Assembly (NCBI GenBank): GCA_016931115.1 | Contig: JAFGFM010000037.1 | Coordinates: 27-64,026, forward strand | Direction of reading: 5' to 3' | DNA length: 64,000 nucleotides | From: Deltaproteobacteria bacterium | GTDB taxonomy: Bacteria; Desulfobacterota; DSM-4660; Desulfatiglandales; HGW-15 | In this document: piece by piece, positions 1-9,150 of the stretch | Layout of the letters: the number at the start of each line of letters is the position of its first letter | How positions within the stretch are numbered: the stretch's first letter is position 1 | Notes under the pieces: generated by a model | Told to the model about the DNA's origin: nothing | Seen by the model: the letters and a program-made list of their open reading frames with translations, nothing else | The model's database searches: none | Made by a program: the position numbers and the translations under genes

Positions 1-713
1 CCGGCAAATTCTTTTGCCTGCTGTTTGTCAAGGTCACTCCTGCAACCTGTGCTCTCCTTATGGCAGACAAGAATATGACTCAAGGCTACCCTTTCCGGTC
101 CATTGAAATGATCATGGTTCCGATCATAGTACCTTTTTGCCTCATTATCAGGGATCTCAATGGTTCCAAACTTTGCAATACCCAGCTTGTATGCTGTTAC
201 ACTGTTTTCAAAATATCTGTCAGCATCCTCTGCTGTAAGCTTTGCGTTACCCAACCTCTTTAAAAATTCGGCCTCTGTGAGAAAATTTCTTTCCAGATAT
301 CTCTTTTTTTCCTGTTGAATCTCATCCTTTCCTGCGCTGATCTTTTGCTTTTTTGCCTCCTGAAGCAGGAGAAGTTCTACCATGTAGTTATCAAGATATG
401 AAATAACTGAGACCCGCTCACTGTAATCAGAAGGCGCCCCTGACATGAATAAGAAAAGATTATACCTCTTCCTGAGATCATGAGTAGAGATCTGGACACC
501 ATTTAATTCTGCTATAATACTCATTACGATAGCAGGTTTTTTGGCTGCTGCTTCAGTGCTTTTATCTTGTTTTGCGGCCTCATCCTGTTCGACCCCTGCT
601 GAATAAACCTTGCCAGTTAAAAAGGTCTGCATGAATAAAAAACAGAGGAATGATGTAATCAGGATAAGGCTCGCGCCCCTGAGATATTTTCTTTTTTCTT
701 TGACCATTTTCAT
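1..713 (-). CDS. SurA/PpiD-like peptidyl-prolyl isomerase, N-terminal part (gene runs off the left edge)
   Basis: Not in the ORF track because no stop lies in the window. My minus-strand translation from ATG 713 (AAGGAG at 730-735) is open to position 1. It reads MKMVKEKRKYLRGASLILITSFLCFLFMQ.. (signal/anchor), then a helical SurA_N-like region, then ..GPERVALSHILVCHKE.., typical of the start of a parvulin domain. Confidence 0.55.
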   Translation of the reverse strand, partial: MKMVKEKRKYLRGASLILITSFLCFLFMQTFLTGKVYSAGVEQDEAAKQDKSTEAAAKKPAIVMSIIAELNGVQISTHDLRKRYNLFLFMSGAPSDYSERVSVISYLDNYMVELLLLQEAKKQKISAGKDEIQQEKKRYLERNFLTEAEFLKRLGNAKLTAEDADRYFENSVTAYKLGIAKFGTIEIPDNEAKRYYDRNHDHFNGPERVALSHILVCHKESTGCRSDLDKQQAKEFA

Positions 714-968
714 TTTCAGTTAACATGAGCTCCTTACCTAGGCTTCAGGGCAGACGAACAGGCCTGCATGTCAATGACACTGGCACGGGAATATATTGAG
801 GCTCACGCTCTTTGTCAAGCCTGCAACCTTTGGCTGGCCAAACACAGCGGATCTACACAGGGTATTTATTTACATACATCCCTGACCAAAAACGGGTTTA
901 AACGTAATGAAAATGGTTGAATGATGAAAAGGGCACAATAAACAGTTGCACAATTATGATCCATACCT

Positions 969-1049
969 GTAGGGGCAGACCTGCGTGTCTGCCCGCAGAT
1001 GATGGTATAGGATAATCGTCGCCGGGCAACCACATGGGGTTGCCCCTAC
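969..1049. repeat. REP-like hairpin pair in inverted orientation (GTAGGGGCA family)
   Basis: 969-994 is gtaggggcagacctgcgtgtctgccc (stem GGGCAGAC/GTCTGCCC). 1024-1049 is gggcaaccacatggggttgcccctac. The same family recurs at 2931-3089, 11568-11634 and 58538-58632. Confidence 0.8.
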
Positions 1050-1173
1050 AAATATGTTGTCAGCATTAATTGATTAATTTTTATAATTCCTGTAAAAAAA
1101 ATGCTTGGCTTCAGTGAATTGGTTACAGAAGAAAAAAATGCAACAAGAGAAAAGTGTCATGGGGTAAATATTT

Positions 1174-1497
1174 ATGACAGATTTTATACAGATTTTTATA
1201 ACAGTGAATAGCAGGGAAAAGGCAAGGGAGATTGCCGAAGGGCTTATTGAAAAGAGGCTGGCCGGGTGTATCCAGATAAGCGGGCCTATTACCAGTCTGT
1301 ACAGATGGCAGGACCGAATAATGGAGGATCAGGAGTGGCTGCTTATAGCAAAGTCAGACAGGGCTCACTTTATTGAGCTGGAAAACGAGGTAAAAAAGAT
1401 ACACCCATATGAGGTGCCTGAAATCCTCGCCCTGCCTGTCGCAGAGGGTAACAGTGCATATCTCAATTGGCTTAAGGGTGAACTTATACCTGTTTAA
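1174..1497 (+). CDS. cutA: Divalent-cation tolerance protein CutA
   Basis: 107 aa. Full-length match to the CutA1 pattern (..RLAGCIQISGPITSLYRWQDRI..HPYEVPEILALPV..). Confidence 0.85.
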   Translation: MTDFIQIFITVNSREKAREIAEGLIEKRLAGCIQISGPITSLYRWQDRIMEDQEWLLIAKSDRAHFIELENEVKKIHPYEVPEILALPVAEGNSAYLNWLKGELIPV

Positions 1498-1535
1498 TCC
1501 CCCCTGCCTTTAAACAGGGTAATTAAAGGGCACCT

Positions 1536-2897
1536 TTAATCCATGCTCCCTTTTCTCCCCTTTCTTTTCATGTGCTGCTCTGCCTGATACATGAATGTCC
1601 TTATTGCTGACTCTCTTCCCGGTTGAAGGCTTGAGTCATAGGGGGTGTCTATGTATGGTATCCCCATCCTACCCATAACAGGGCTTATTACAGCAGATGT
1701 TATTGTGCTGGGCATACAGGTAAATGGGTATACATTCACAATACCATTAAAGCCCTGATGAGCATACTCCATGATCCCAGAGATGCTCAGGCATGCCTCT
1801 GTGCCGACCTCAAAGCTGAAGAGCTCCTCTTCAGAAAGCAGGCTCTCCAGATGGGTTACCCTGTGATCCGGGGCAATATCAATTATCTGTTTGACCCGGT
1901 CATATACCTGTTTCTGTCTCATCTCCTGGTAAAATAGCTCTGCCCTGAATTTTATGGCCTTTTTAATGGAGTCCATCAGGTTACTGAACCTTAGCTGCTT
2001 AAGGTCAAGCCTGAGCATTGAGCCTGCACCCTTAAAGTCATTGTAGCTGATAAAATTAACCCACTCAACTATTGATGCGTTTACCACCTCTGCACCGTGT
2101 CTTTCAAGGGTTCTTATAAGATCCTGGTTTGAGCGGATGTGTGTGCGGAGATATATCTCGCCCACTATTCCTATGAGGGGTTTCGGCGGGATTAATGGGT
2201 CAATGATTCTCCTTGCCTCTTTTACTATCCCCACGAGGGTCTCTGTTATTGCGCTGAAGTTTTTCTTTTCCCCATATCTTTCAAAGGTGGTCTCAAGCGT
2301 GATAAGTGCCTTATCCATATACTTATCAGTCATCCCCTTTTCTCTTTCATAGGGTCTTATCCGCCACAGTAGCCTGTCAAGGATATCCCCGATAACGAGC
2401 GCAAAAAAGCCTGATTTTCTAAGGTCAACCGTCTTTTTACTGTCAACAAGACCGTTAAAGGAGTATCCATCATCAGTGGTGAGCGAACTGATCTTAAGGC
2501 CTCTGTATTCAGGGTATGAATCGAGGACTATCCTCTGGTACTTGTTGTACATGCCGAACCGGCATGGCCCGCCCGCCTCTACAAGAAAATAGATATAGTC
2601 ATTTATGTTAAACCCCTTCCCTCTTTTTTCCTGTTCGCTCTTCATATGGTAGAGTATATCGCCAAGCGTTACCTGGCATGGGAAGCACTCCTTGCCTGAT
2701 GTGTGTTCAAGCCCGAGGCTTAACCCCTTGAATGTATCCATCACAATGGCATTGATGCCAAAGCTTCTGAATGTGGCCGCAAGGAGACGGCACCCGTACC
2801 TGTTCATTTCAGGGATGAGCACCTTTTTCCCGCTGAGATTGAACTGCCCGACATTTTCGGACATAGACTGAAATAACCTTATTTCTGTTGGTGACAT
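1536..2897 (-). CDS. CoA-activase-associated DUF2229 / 2-hydroxyacyl-CoA-dehydratase-like protein
   Basis: 453 aa, lying directly downstream of the double-ATPase activase gene. This is the usual partner architecture for that family. Function unknown. Confidence 0.6.
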   Translation of the reverse strand: MSPTEIRLFQSMSENVGQFNLSGKKVLIPEMNRYGCRLLAATFRSFGINAIVMDTFKGLSLGLEHTSGKECFPCQVTLGDILYHMKSEQEKRGKGFNINDYIYFLVEAGGPCRFGMYNKYQRIVLDSYPEYRGLKISSLTTDDGYSFNGLVDSKKTVDLRKSGFFALVIGDILDRLLWRIRPYEREKGMTDKYMDKALITLETTFERYGEKKNFSAITETLVGIVKEARRIIDPLIPPKPLIGIVGEIYLRTHIRSNQDLIRTLERHGAEVVNASIVEWVNFISYNDFKGAGSMLRLDLKQLRFSNLMDSIKKAIKFRAELFYQEMRQKQVYDRVKQIIDIAPDHRVTHLESLLSEEELFSFEVGTEACLSISGIMEYAHQGFNGIVNVYPFTCMPSTITSAVISPVMGRMGIPYIDTPYDSSLQPGRESAIRTFMYQAEQHMKRKGRKGSMD

Positions 2898-2930
2898 AGT
2901 TTAACCTGTTATTTAATGTTTCATATTACC

Positions 2931-3089
2931 GTAGGGGCACAGTGCACTGTGCCCTGTTTTTCACGAAGCATTGTGCCCTGTTTTTTCATCGCATACCGTG
3001 CCAGCCTCATGGGCACGCTGCAGCGTGCCCCTACGGGTAAAACAGGTGGTTCTTGCCATTTTCATGGGCACGGTGCGCCGTGCCCCTAC
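2931..3089. repeat. Cluster of three REP-like hairpins inside an operon spacer
   Basis: 2931-2954 is gtaggggcacagtgcactgtgccc, 3011-3034 is gggcacgctgcagcgtgcccctac, and 3066-3089 is gggcacggtgcgccgtgcccctac. The last copy overlaps the TAG stop (3086-3088) of the upstream gene. Confidence 0.8.
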
Positions 3090-6000
3090 AGTACTATTTT
3101 CAACCTCTTCTCAACCCTGCTGTTGAGTTTTGCTATCACATTTTCCACCACGTTTTTATACGCCTCAAGCCTTGTCATTACACCTGCCACTGCGCTGTGT
3201 TCATCAAGCTCAAGAATAAGAGATGGTTTTTCTCCCATCACATGTTTGTAAAAATGTTCTACAAATGAGTCTGCTCCACAGCTGAAGTTGGTAAGATGCA
3301 GGCCGAAAAGGTTTGGGGAGACCTTTATATATTTGGCTGTCCTTAATATCCTGCTCCCCTGTCCCCAGTACATGTTGGAAAAATCGGTAAGGTCAATCCC
3401 TGACACATCTATATAATCCATTGGCAGGGCCTTAATGCCTGTTTTAGAAAGGTTCTGCCCGATCCTCAGGTTTAACCTTTCATCATAGAGGTTATATGGC
3501 CTGCCTGTTACAATGATCACAGGTTCATTTGGATCATGCTCCTTTAATATCTCCTTCCCGACATTATGGATTTCATCCAGAAATGCATTCTGGTGTTTCA
3601 ATGCGTAAAAGAGGGCATCCCTTATCTCTGAATGAGATCTTCCGATCTGCTCTCCGATCTGTTCGCTAAGCTCAACTGCCAGTGTAGTAGGATCGTTCTT
3701 AAGATGTAAAACCGGGCCTATCACTGTCTTTTTATCTATATTAAGGGCCGCATTGACCATATATTTATTTGCCTGCACAAGCGGGCAGTAAAACCCCTTT
3801 TCATTGGCAGTCACGGTTTCCATATTTATGAGTACAGGCAGGAACAGGTATCTGGTCTTACCAATAAGGGCCTTCACATGGCCGTGTGAGACCTTTACAG
3901 GGAAGCATGTCTCAGCGGTCATGGCCTCAATGCCTGCGCCGGCAATATGATTGTCAGTCGGTGGTGTCAATACCGGCCTGAACCCTAATCGGTCAAAGAA
4001 ATGGACCCACATGATAGCGGTCTGCATAGTGTAAAGCGACCTCTGTATCCCTATGGTCGGCCTTGCATCAACCTCTGGCAAAGGCTCATCCTTTATTACA
4101 TCATAAAGCCCGGCCACATATTTTTCCCAGATATCATCCCTTTGCCTGAAAAAATTCACCTCTTTCTTACCGGTATTTTTTGCTATTTCATATCTGCCGC
4201 ACTCCCCGCCCCAGACACTTCTCCTGCCGTCAAAGTCATATATCTTGAGCTTGCACTGGTTATGGCATGAGGGGTCTGCTGTGCAGACCTTTTCAGTATA
4301 GTCCATCCGGTCGTTTATACAGTTATCAAGCCCCCTGAACCTGCTCTTACCTTTTTCACCGGACATCATTTGCTCTTTTATTTTAAGGGCAGCGCCATAT
4401 GCGCCCAAAACCTCCCTGTGCCTGGGGACAATAAGCCCCTGCCCCAAAATATTTTCAAAGGCGGCAACAACACCCTTGTTAAGGGAGGGGCCTCCAAGGA
4501 ACATTACTCTTTTACCGATCCTGCGTTTCCCTACCACCCTGTTCAGGTAATTATGGGCAATGGCATAACAGAGCCCCGCGATCAGGTCCTCCTTTGCAGC
4601 ACCCTTCTGGTGGTAGCTTACAAGGTCAGATTCCATAAATACTGTGCATCTCTCAGCGAGCTTTACAGGCCTTTTAGCGGAAAGGGCTATCTCCTGGAAT
4701 TCACCTGAGATATTGATCCCGTATTTATTGGCAAGCTCATGCAGAAAGCTACCTGTGCCGGCAGCGCAGACCTTGTTCATGTCAAAATCAAGGGGATGAC
4801 TCTTTGTTATGGATATGTATTTTGCATCCTGACCGCCTATCTCAAATATGGTGTCTATTTCAGGGTCTATCTCTACTGCCCCTTTTGCATGGGCGGTTAT
4901 CTCATCTATGATAAGATCGGAATTCAGAAAGTCACCCACAACATTACGGCCAGAGCCGGTGGTGGCAATTCCTTTAAGCATGATCCGCTTATCTGCCTCA
5001 TCCCTGATGGTTTGAAGGAGTGCCTGTGTAACCTCAATGGGTTTACCCCTGGTGTGTATATATGCCTTGTGTATGATATCTCCATTATTGTTAATAATGG
5101 CATACTTGGTTGTTGTTGAACCTATATCAAGGCCAAGATATGCAGGGATCTCCTTTCCTGTGAGCACCACCCTTACTGAGTTGTCTTCATCAAAATGGGT
5201 CTTTTTTAACTCAAGCCCGGGCGCGGTAATAAAACTGTCCTGGTTTCCCTCTTTATGAGACATGAGCTCTTCAGGCGTTATTCTGTTTGTTATGCCTTTA
5301 CTTATCGCCTGGAGCGCCACCCCTATGGCGCCTGTGGAGGTGTTGAATTTTGGAACTGTCAGCCCTGGAAAATACTGCCTGAAGGCCTTTACCTGCAGTG
5401 CATTCATGGAAAGGCCGCCAATAAAAACAATAGGTTCATTGAGCCTGCGGCTTGAGACTATTGTGCTTATATAGTTTCGGGCATTACCGAGATGCAGGCC
5501 ATATATGATATTTTCAAGCCGCTCGCCCCTGTTCTGGAGATGGATCATGTCAGATTTTGTAAATACAGTGCACCTGCATGCAACGTGTGAGGGCGTGTCA
5601 CTCTTAAAACCGAGCGCAATAAAATCAGCAAGCACCCTGTCTATATCATGATCATTCACACTCTTTTTATTATCATAAATTGATGTGGCTAACCTCTGGG
5701 CCTGCTGATCAATAAATGAGCCTGTTCCTGATGCACAGGGGCCGTTTGTACTGAAGTGTTCAAGGTTAAACCCGCCCCCTGATTCACCCCCGATCATAAA
5801 AAGGGCGGTATCCTGGCCACCCATGCTTATTATTGATCTGGCAGATGGCATAACATGGAGCACCCCCATCACCTGGCATATGGTCTCAAACTCATAAAAC
5901 CCATTCAGCCTGTTACTGATCTGTTCACCATGATTGCCTGTAAATGCGACTGTCCTTATGTTTTCATGCCCGAACTGCCTGAACAGATCCATAAGGATAT

Positions 6001-6160
6001 CAATCAGAGCCTCTTCCACCCTGCCGAAATGCCTTCGATATGCGGATTCATGGATGATATTTTTATCTCCATCCATGACAACCGAATTGATGCTGACTGA
6101 CCCTGCATCAACACCAATAAACAGCCCCTTTGAACCCTTTTTATCTGATAACCGATCCAT
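3086..6160 (-). CDS. Acyl-CoA dehydratase activase-like protein: two BcrAD/BadFG ATPase domains fused to DUF2229
   Basis: 1024 aa. It has two actin-fold ATPase repeats (GVDAGSVSIN.. and GLDIGSTTTKY..), each with activase-type cluster cysteines (CASGTGSF/RCTVFTKSD and CAAGTGSF/RCTVFMESD), followed by a C-terminal DUF2229-like region. Confidence 0.75.
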   Translation of the reverse strand: MDRLSDKKGSKGLFIGVDAGSVSINSVVMDGDKNIIHESAYRRHFGRVEEALIDILMDLFRQFGHENIRTVAFTGNHGEQISNRLNGFYEFETICQVMGVLHVMPSARSIISMGGQDTALFMIGGESGGGFNLEHFSTNGPCASGTGSFIDQQAQRLATSIYDNKKSVNDHDIDRVLADFIALGFKSDTPSHVACRCTVFTKSDMIHLQNRGERLENIIYGLHLGNARNYISTIVSSRRLNEPIVFIGGLSMNALQVKAFRQYFPGLTVPKFNTSTGAIGVALQAISKGITNRITPEELMSHKEGNQDSFITAPGLELKKTHFDEDNSVRVVLTGKEIPAYLGLDIGSTTTKYAIINNNGDIIHKAYIHTRGKPIEVTQALLQTIRDEADKRIMLKGIATTGSGRNVVGDFLNSDLIIDEITAHAKGAVEIDPEIDTIFEIGGQDAKYISITKSHPLDFDMNKVCAAGTGSFLHELANKYGINISGEFQEIALSAKRPVKLAERCTVFMESDLVSYHQKGAAKEDLIAGLCYAIAHNYLNRVVGKRRIGKRVMFLGGPSLNKGVVAAFENILGQGLIVPRHREVLGAYGAALKIKEQMMSGEKGKSRFRGLDNCINDRMDYTEKVCTADPSCHNQCKLKIYDFDGRRSVWGGECGRYEIAKNTGKKEVNFFRQRDDIWEKYVAGLYDVIKDEPLPEVDARPTIGIQRSLYTMQTAIMWVHFFDRLGFRPVLTPPTDNHIAGAGIEAMTAETCFPVKVSHGHVKALIGKTRYLFLPVLINMETVTANEKGFYCPLVQANKYMVNAALNIDKKTVIGPVLHLKNDPTTLAVELSEQIGEQIGRSHSEIRDALFYALKHQNAFLDEIHNVGKEILKEHDPNEPVIIVTGRPYNLYDERLNLRIGQNLSKTGIKALPMDYIDVSGIDLTDFSNMYWGQGSRILRTAKYIKVSPNLFGLHLTNFSCGADSFVEHFYKHVMGEKPSLILELDEHSAVAGVMTRLEAYKNVVENVIAKLNSRVEKRLKIVL

Positions 6161-6228
6161 TCATGCATCCCCTTTCAGGTGTAATAAAAACAAAAAATCA
6201 GTTGATAGAATGCAAACAATGAAAAAAT

Positions 6229-7146
6229 TTATTTTGAGGTGTAGAACAGATTATCTCCATGTCTCTGTTCCTGAATAATGCCCTTTATCTTAAGCCCTTT
6301 GACCATCTGTTCTGTTTCAACCCTGCTGAAATTAAGGGCATTCGAGATGTCATCAATGGTTACTGGGCGTCTTTTGACCATCTCAAAAATCCTTTCTGCC
6401 CCTGAATCTGATATATTTCCCCTGCCCTTTATGGGTGATGGTGCAACGATCTCTGTATTGCCACCAAAGTATGCCTTTATCTCTTCGAGCCTCTCCTGAG
6501 TCAGCGGAAGGGCGCTTGTTTCAGCAGGGGGCCTTACAACCGTGTTGAGCTGCACCCTGTCAGGGGCAATATCCCATATTACCTTTTTAAGCCCGGAAAG
6601 CTCCTCCTCGCTGTCATTTATCCCTTTAAGCAGCACCACCTCAAGATAGTATCCCCTTTTAAAAAGCTTTCTTGTCTCTTTCAGGCCCTGTATAATCCTG
6701 TCAAGATCAAGGCCGGGGTGGGGCCTGTGGATCATATCATGTGTCTTTTTAAAGACCGAAGAGAGCGTTGGTAGAATGATATCAACGCCCCGGCATCTCT
6801 CCCTTACCTCCTCTTTCCAGAGCAGCGAACCGTTTGTGAGCAGGGTTAAGGGTATTTTTGTAATCTTTTTTATCTCAGAAATCAAGGCCCCTATATCAAG
6901 GTTAAGTGTCGGTTCACCTGAACCCGCTAGGGTTATTACATCAGGCGGGCTCTTTGATATGACATCCTCAAGCTCTTTAATTGTTTCCGCTATATTGATA
7001 AAAGAGGATGGCTCTGTAATAAGGTTAGTTGTCCTGCCTACCTCGCAGTAGATACAGTTGTAGCTGCATGTCTTGCATGGAACAAGATCAATGCCTAATG
7101 AAAGCCCGAGTCTCCTTGACGGGACAGGGCCAAAAATACGTGCCAC
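6229..7146 (-). CDS. Radical SAM protein with a C-terminal winged-helix-like tail
   Basis: 305 aa. It carries a CX3CX2C motif (CSYNCIYC) after GPVPSRRLGLSLGIDL. The substrate is unknown. Confidence 0.75.
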   Translation of the reverse strand: MARIFGPVPSRRLGLSLGIDLVPCKTCSYNCIYCEVGRTTNLITEPSSFINIAETIKELEDVISKSPPDVITLAGSGEPTLNLDIGALISEIKKITKIPLTLLTNGSLLWKEEVRERCRGVDIILPTLSSVFKKTHDMIHRPHPGLDLDRIIQGLKETRKLFKRGYYLEVVLLKGINDSEEELSGLKKVIWDIAPDRVQLNTVVRPPAETSALPLTQERLEEIKAYFGGNTEIVAPSPIKGRGNISDSGAERIFEMVKRRPVTIDDISNALNFSRVETEQMVKGLKIKGIIQEQRHGDNLFYTSK

Positions 7147-7323
7147 GATTTTTCCTCCGGTGTAAAGAAGATCGAAGGATAATAAAAACGAAGGATTTTC
7201 ACAAGGAAAAACTGCTTTACCTTCCTTGACATAAAAGAGGGGCTATTATAGATTTTAGAGGTCTAACCAATTACAAGTCGAATTTTGAACTTACTTCTCC
7301 AGCAGGTTATCCGGGAGGCTATA

Positions 7324-8475
7324 ATGGGTCGTATCATACGTTGGCTGTTGGTTGTTATCATCCTTTCAGGAATCGGATATGCAATATACTATTATTCATT
7401 GCCTGAACCTATAAAGGTCATGCTCGTAAAGGTTGAGAAAGGGGCTGTTGAAAACAGCGTTGCAAACACAAGGGCCGGCACCATAAACGCATGCAGGCGA
7501 ACAAAACTATCTCCCAGCATTGGAGGTCAGATATCCATTCTTCCTGTAAAAGAGGGGCAGAGGGTTAAAAAGGATGATCTCCTTATTGAACTCTGGAACA
7601 AAGACCTTATTGCTGAGCTCAATCACACAAAAAATGAGGTTAATGCAGCAAAATCCAGGGCAACCGCTGCCTGTCTGCAGGCTGATGTATCTGAAAGGGA
7701 GGCAAACAGGATAAGGGAGCTTAAGAAGATAGGTGCTGCATCAGAAGAGCAGACAGACAGGGCAGTGACACAGGCAAAGGCATTGCAGGCAGACTGTGAT
7801 GCAGCAAAGGCATCCGCCCTTATGAGCGAATCAAGGATAAAGGTGGTGGAGGCCAACCTTGAGCGAACACGCCTTTATGCACCCTTTGATGGTGTAATAG
7901 CAGAGGTGACTGGTGAGTTGAACGAATATCTCACACCGTCTCCTCCGGGCATACCCACCCCACCTGCTGTTGATCTGATAGATGACACATGTTTTTATGT
8001 AACAGCGCCTATAGACGAGGTGGATGCCCCAAAGGTTCAGACAGGGCTAACAGCAAGGATAACACTTGATGCATTCAGGGGCAGGTCATTCCCCGGCGTG
8101 GTTTCCAGGATAGCCCCCTATGTTATGGACAGGGAGAAACAGGCAAGGACTGTGGATGTTGATGTAAGGTTCAGGGATGCTGAGGTTATTAACGAAATGC
8201 TTGCAGGCTACAGCGCTGATGTAGAGATAATCCTTGATTCAAGGGCTGACACACTCCGCATACCCACAGAGGCACTGCTGGATGGGAAAAGGGTTTTTGT
8301 TTATGAAGAATCAGACAGGGTTATAAGGGAGAAAATAATAGAAAAAGGGATTGCCAACTGGGCATATACAGAGGTTATTTCAGGGCTCACAGAGGGGGAC
8401 AATGTAGTTGTTAATGTTGATGTGGCGGGTGTCAAAGATGGTGCAGCAGCAGAGATAATTAAAGAGGAAGAATGA
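7324..8475 (+). CDS. HlyD/MacA-family periplasmic adaptor of an ABC exporter
   Basis: N-terminal membrane anchor, coiled-coil and barrel-sandwich pattern. I prefer the ATG at 7324 (GGGAGG 6 nt upstream) over the TTG at 7285 used by the track. Confidence 0.8.
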   Translation: MGRIIRWLLVVIILSGIGYAIYYYSLPEPIKVMLVKVEKGAVENSVANTRAGTINACRRTKLSPSIGGQISILPVKEGQRVKKDDLLIELWNKDLIAELNHTKNEVNAAKSRATAACLQADVSEREANRIRELKKIGAASEEQTDRAVTQAKALQADCDAAKASALMSESRIKVVEANLERTRLYAPFDGVIAEVTGELNEYLTPSPPGIPTPPAVDLIDDTCFYVTAPIDEVDAPKVQTGLTARITLDAFRGRSFPGVVSRIAPYVMDREKQARTVDVDVRFRDAEVINEMLAGYSADVEIILDSRADTLRIPTEALLDGKRVFVYEESDRVIREKIIEKGIANWAYTEVISGLTEGDNVVVNVDVAGVKDGAAAEIIKEEE

Positions 8476-9149
8476 TCCGGTTAAATGAAATAAGCAGGGT
8501 ATTTACAGTGGGCGAAGAGGATGTGCATGCCCTTGACAGGGTGACTATTGATATTGCACCGGGAGAATATCTCGCAATCATGGGGCCTTCAGGGTCAGGC
8601 AAATCAACCCTGCTCAATGTGATAGGGCTTTTAGACCGGCCTGATTATGGCGAATATTATCTTGATAATGTAAATACTACAGAACTGGATGATGACAGGC
8701 AGGCCTTTATAAGGCGGCACAGGATAGGTTTTGTGTTCCAGTTCTTTCACCTCGTGCCAAGGCTTACCGCGACGCAGAATGTAGAACTCCCGCTCATACT
8801 TGCAGGCGTTACACCAAAAGAGAGAAAAGAGCGTGTAAAAAAGGCCCTGGCCTCCATGGAGCTGACCAACAGGTCTGATCACAGGCCTGACCAGCTCTCA
8901 GGCGGGCAGCGCCAGCGTGTTGCCATTGCCCGCGCCATAATAATGGAACCGGGCGTTATACTGGCAGATGAGCCTACCGGCAACCTTGACCGCACATCAG
9001 GCATGGAGGTCATGAATATACTTGAGGGGCTTAACAGGAAGGGAATCACACTTATAATGGTTACCCATGACCCGGGGCTCTCGAAACGGGCAGGCAGAAG
9101 AATACAGATGACAGACGGCAGGGTGTCAGAGGATACAGGCTTAAGATAA
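8472..9149 (+). CDS. ABC transporter ATP-binding protein (MacB/LolD-like)
   Basis: Walker A GPSGSGKST and signature LSGGQRQRVAIARA. The ATGA overlaps the upstream stop. Confidence 0.9.
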   Translation: MIRLNEISRVFTVGEEDVHALDRVTIDIAPGEYLAIMGPSGSGKSTLLNVIGLLDRPDYGEYYLDNVNTTELDDDRQAFIRRHRIGFVFQFFHLVPRLTATQNVELPLILAGVTPKERKERVKKALASMELTNRSDHRPDQLSGGQRQRVAIARAIIMEPGVILADEPTGNLDRTSGMEVMNILEGLNRKGITLIMVTHDPGLSKRAGRRIQMTDGRVSEDTGLR

Positions 9150-9150
9150 G

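Noticed and set aside
60-263. Plus-strand 67-aa ORF.
   Set aside because: It is antisense to the open PPIase frame that spans 1-713.
781-797. Sigma-54 promoter suggested by TGGCAC.
   Set aside because: The -12 element is missing (TGGCAC-gggaa-TATAT instead of TTGC), and the site is nearly 400 nt from the next plus-strand gene.
2931-3089. Possible CRISPR array, suggested by regularly spaced GGGCAC..GTGCCC repeats here and at 58538-58632.
   Set aside because: The units are short palindromes with differing sequences and irregular spacing. There are only three per site and no cas genes. They belong to a dispersed REP family.
2916-3268. Plus-strand ORFs 2916-3251 and 3053-3268.
   Set aside because: They are translations of the REP hairpin cluster running into the antisense of the activase gene. 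They have no SD and a repeat-derived peptide.
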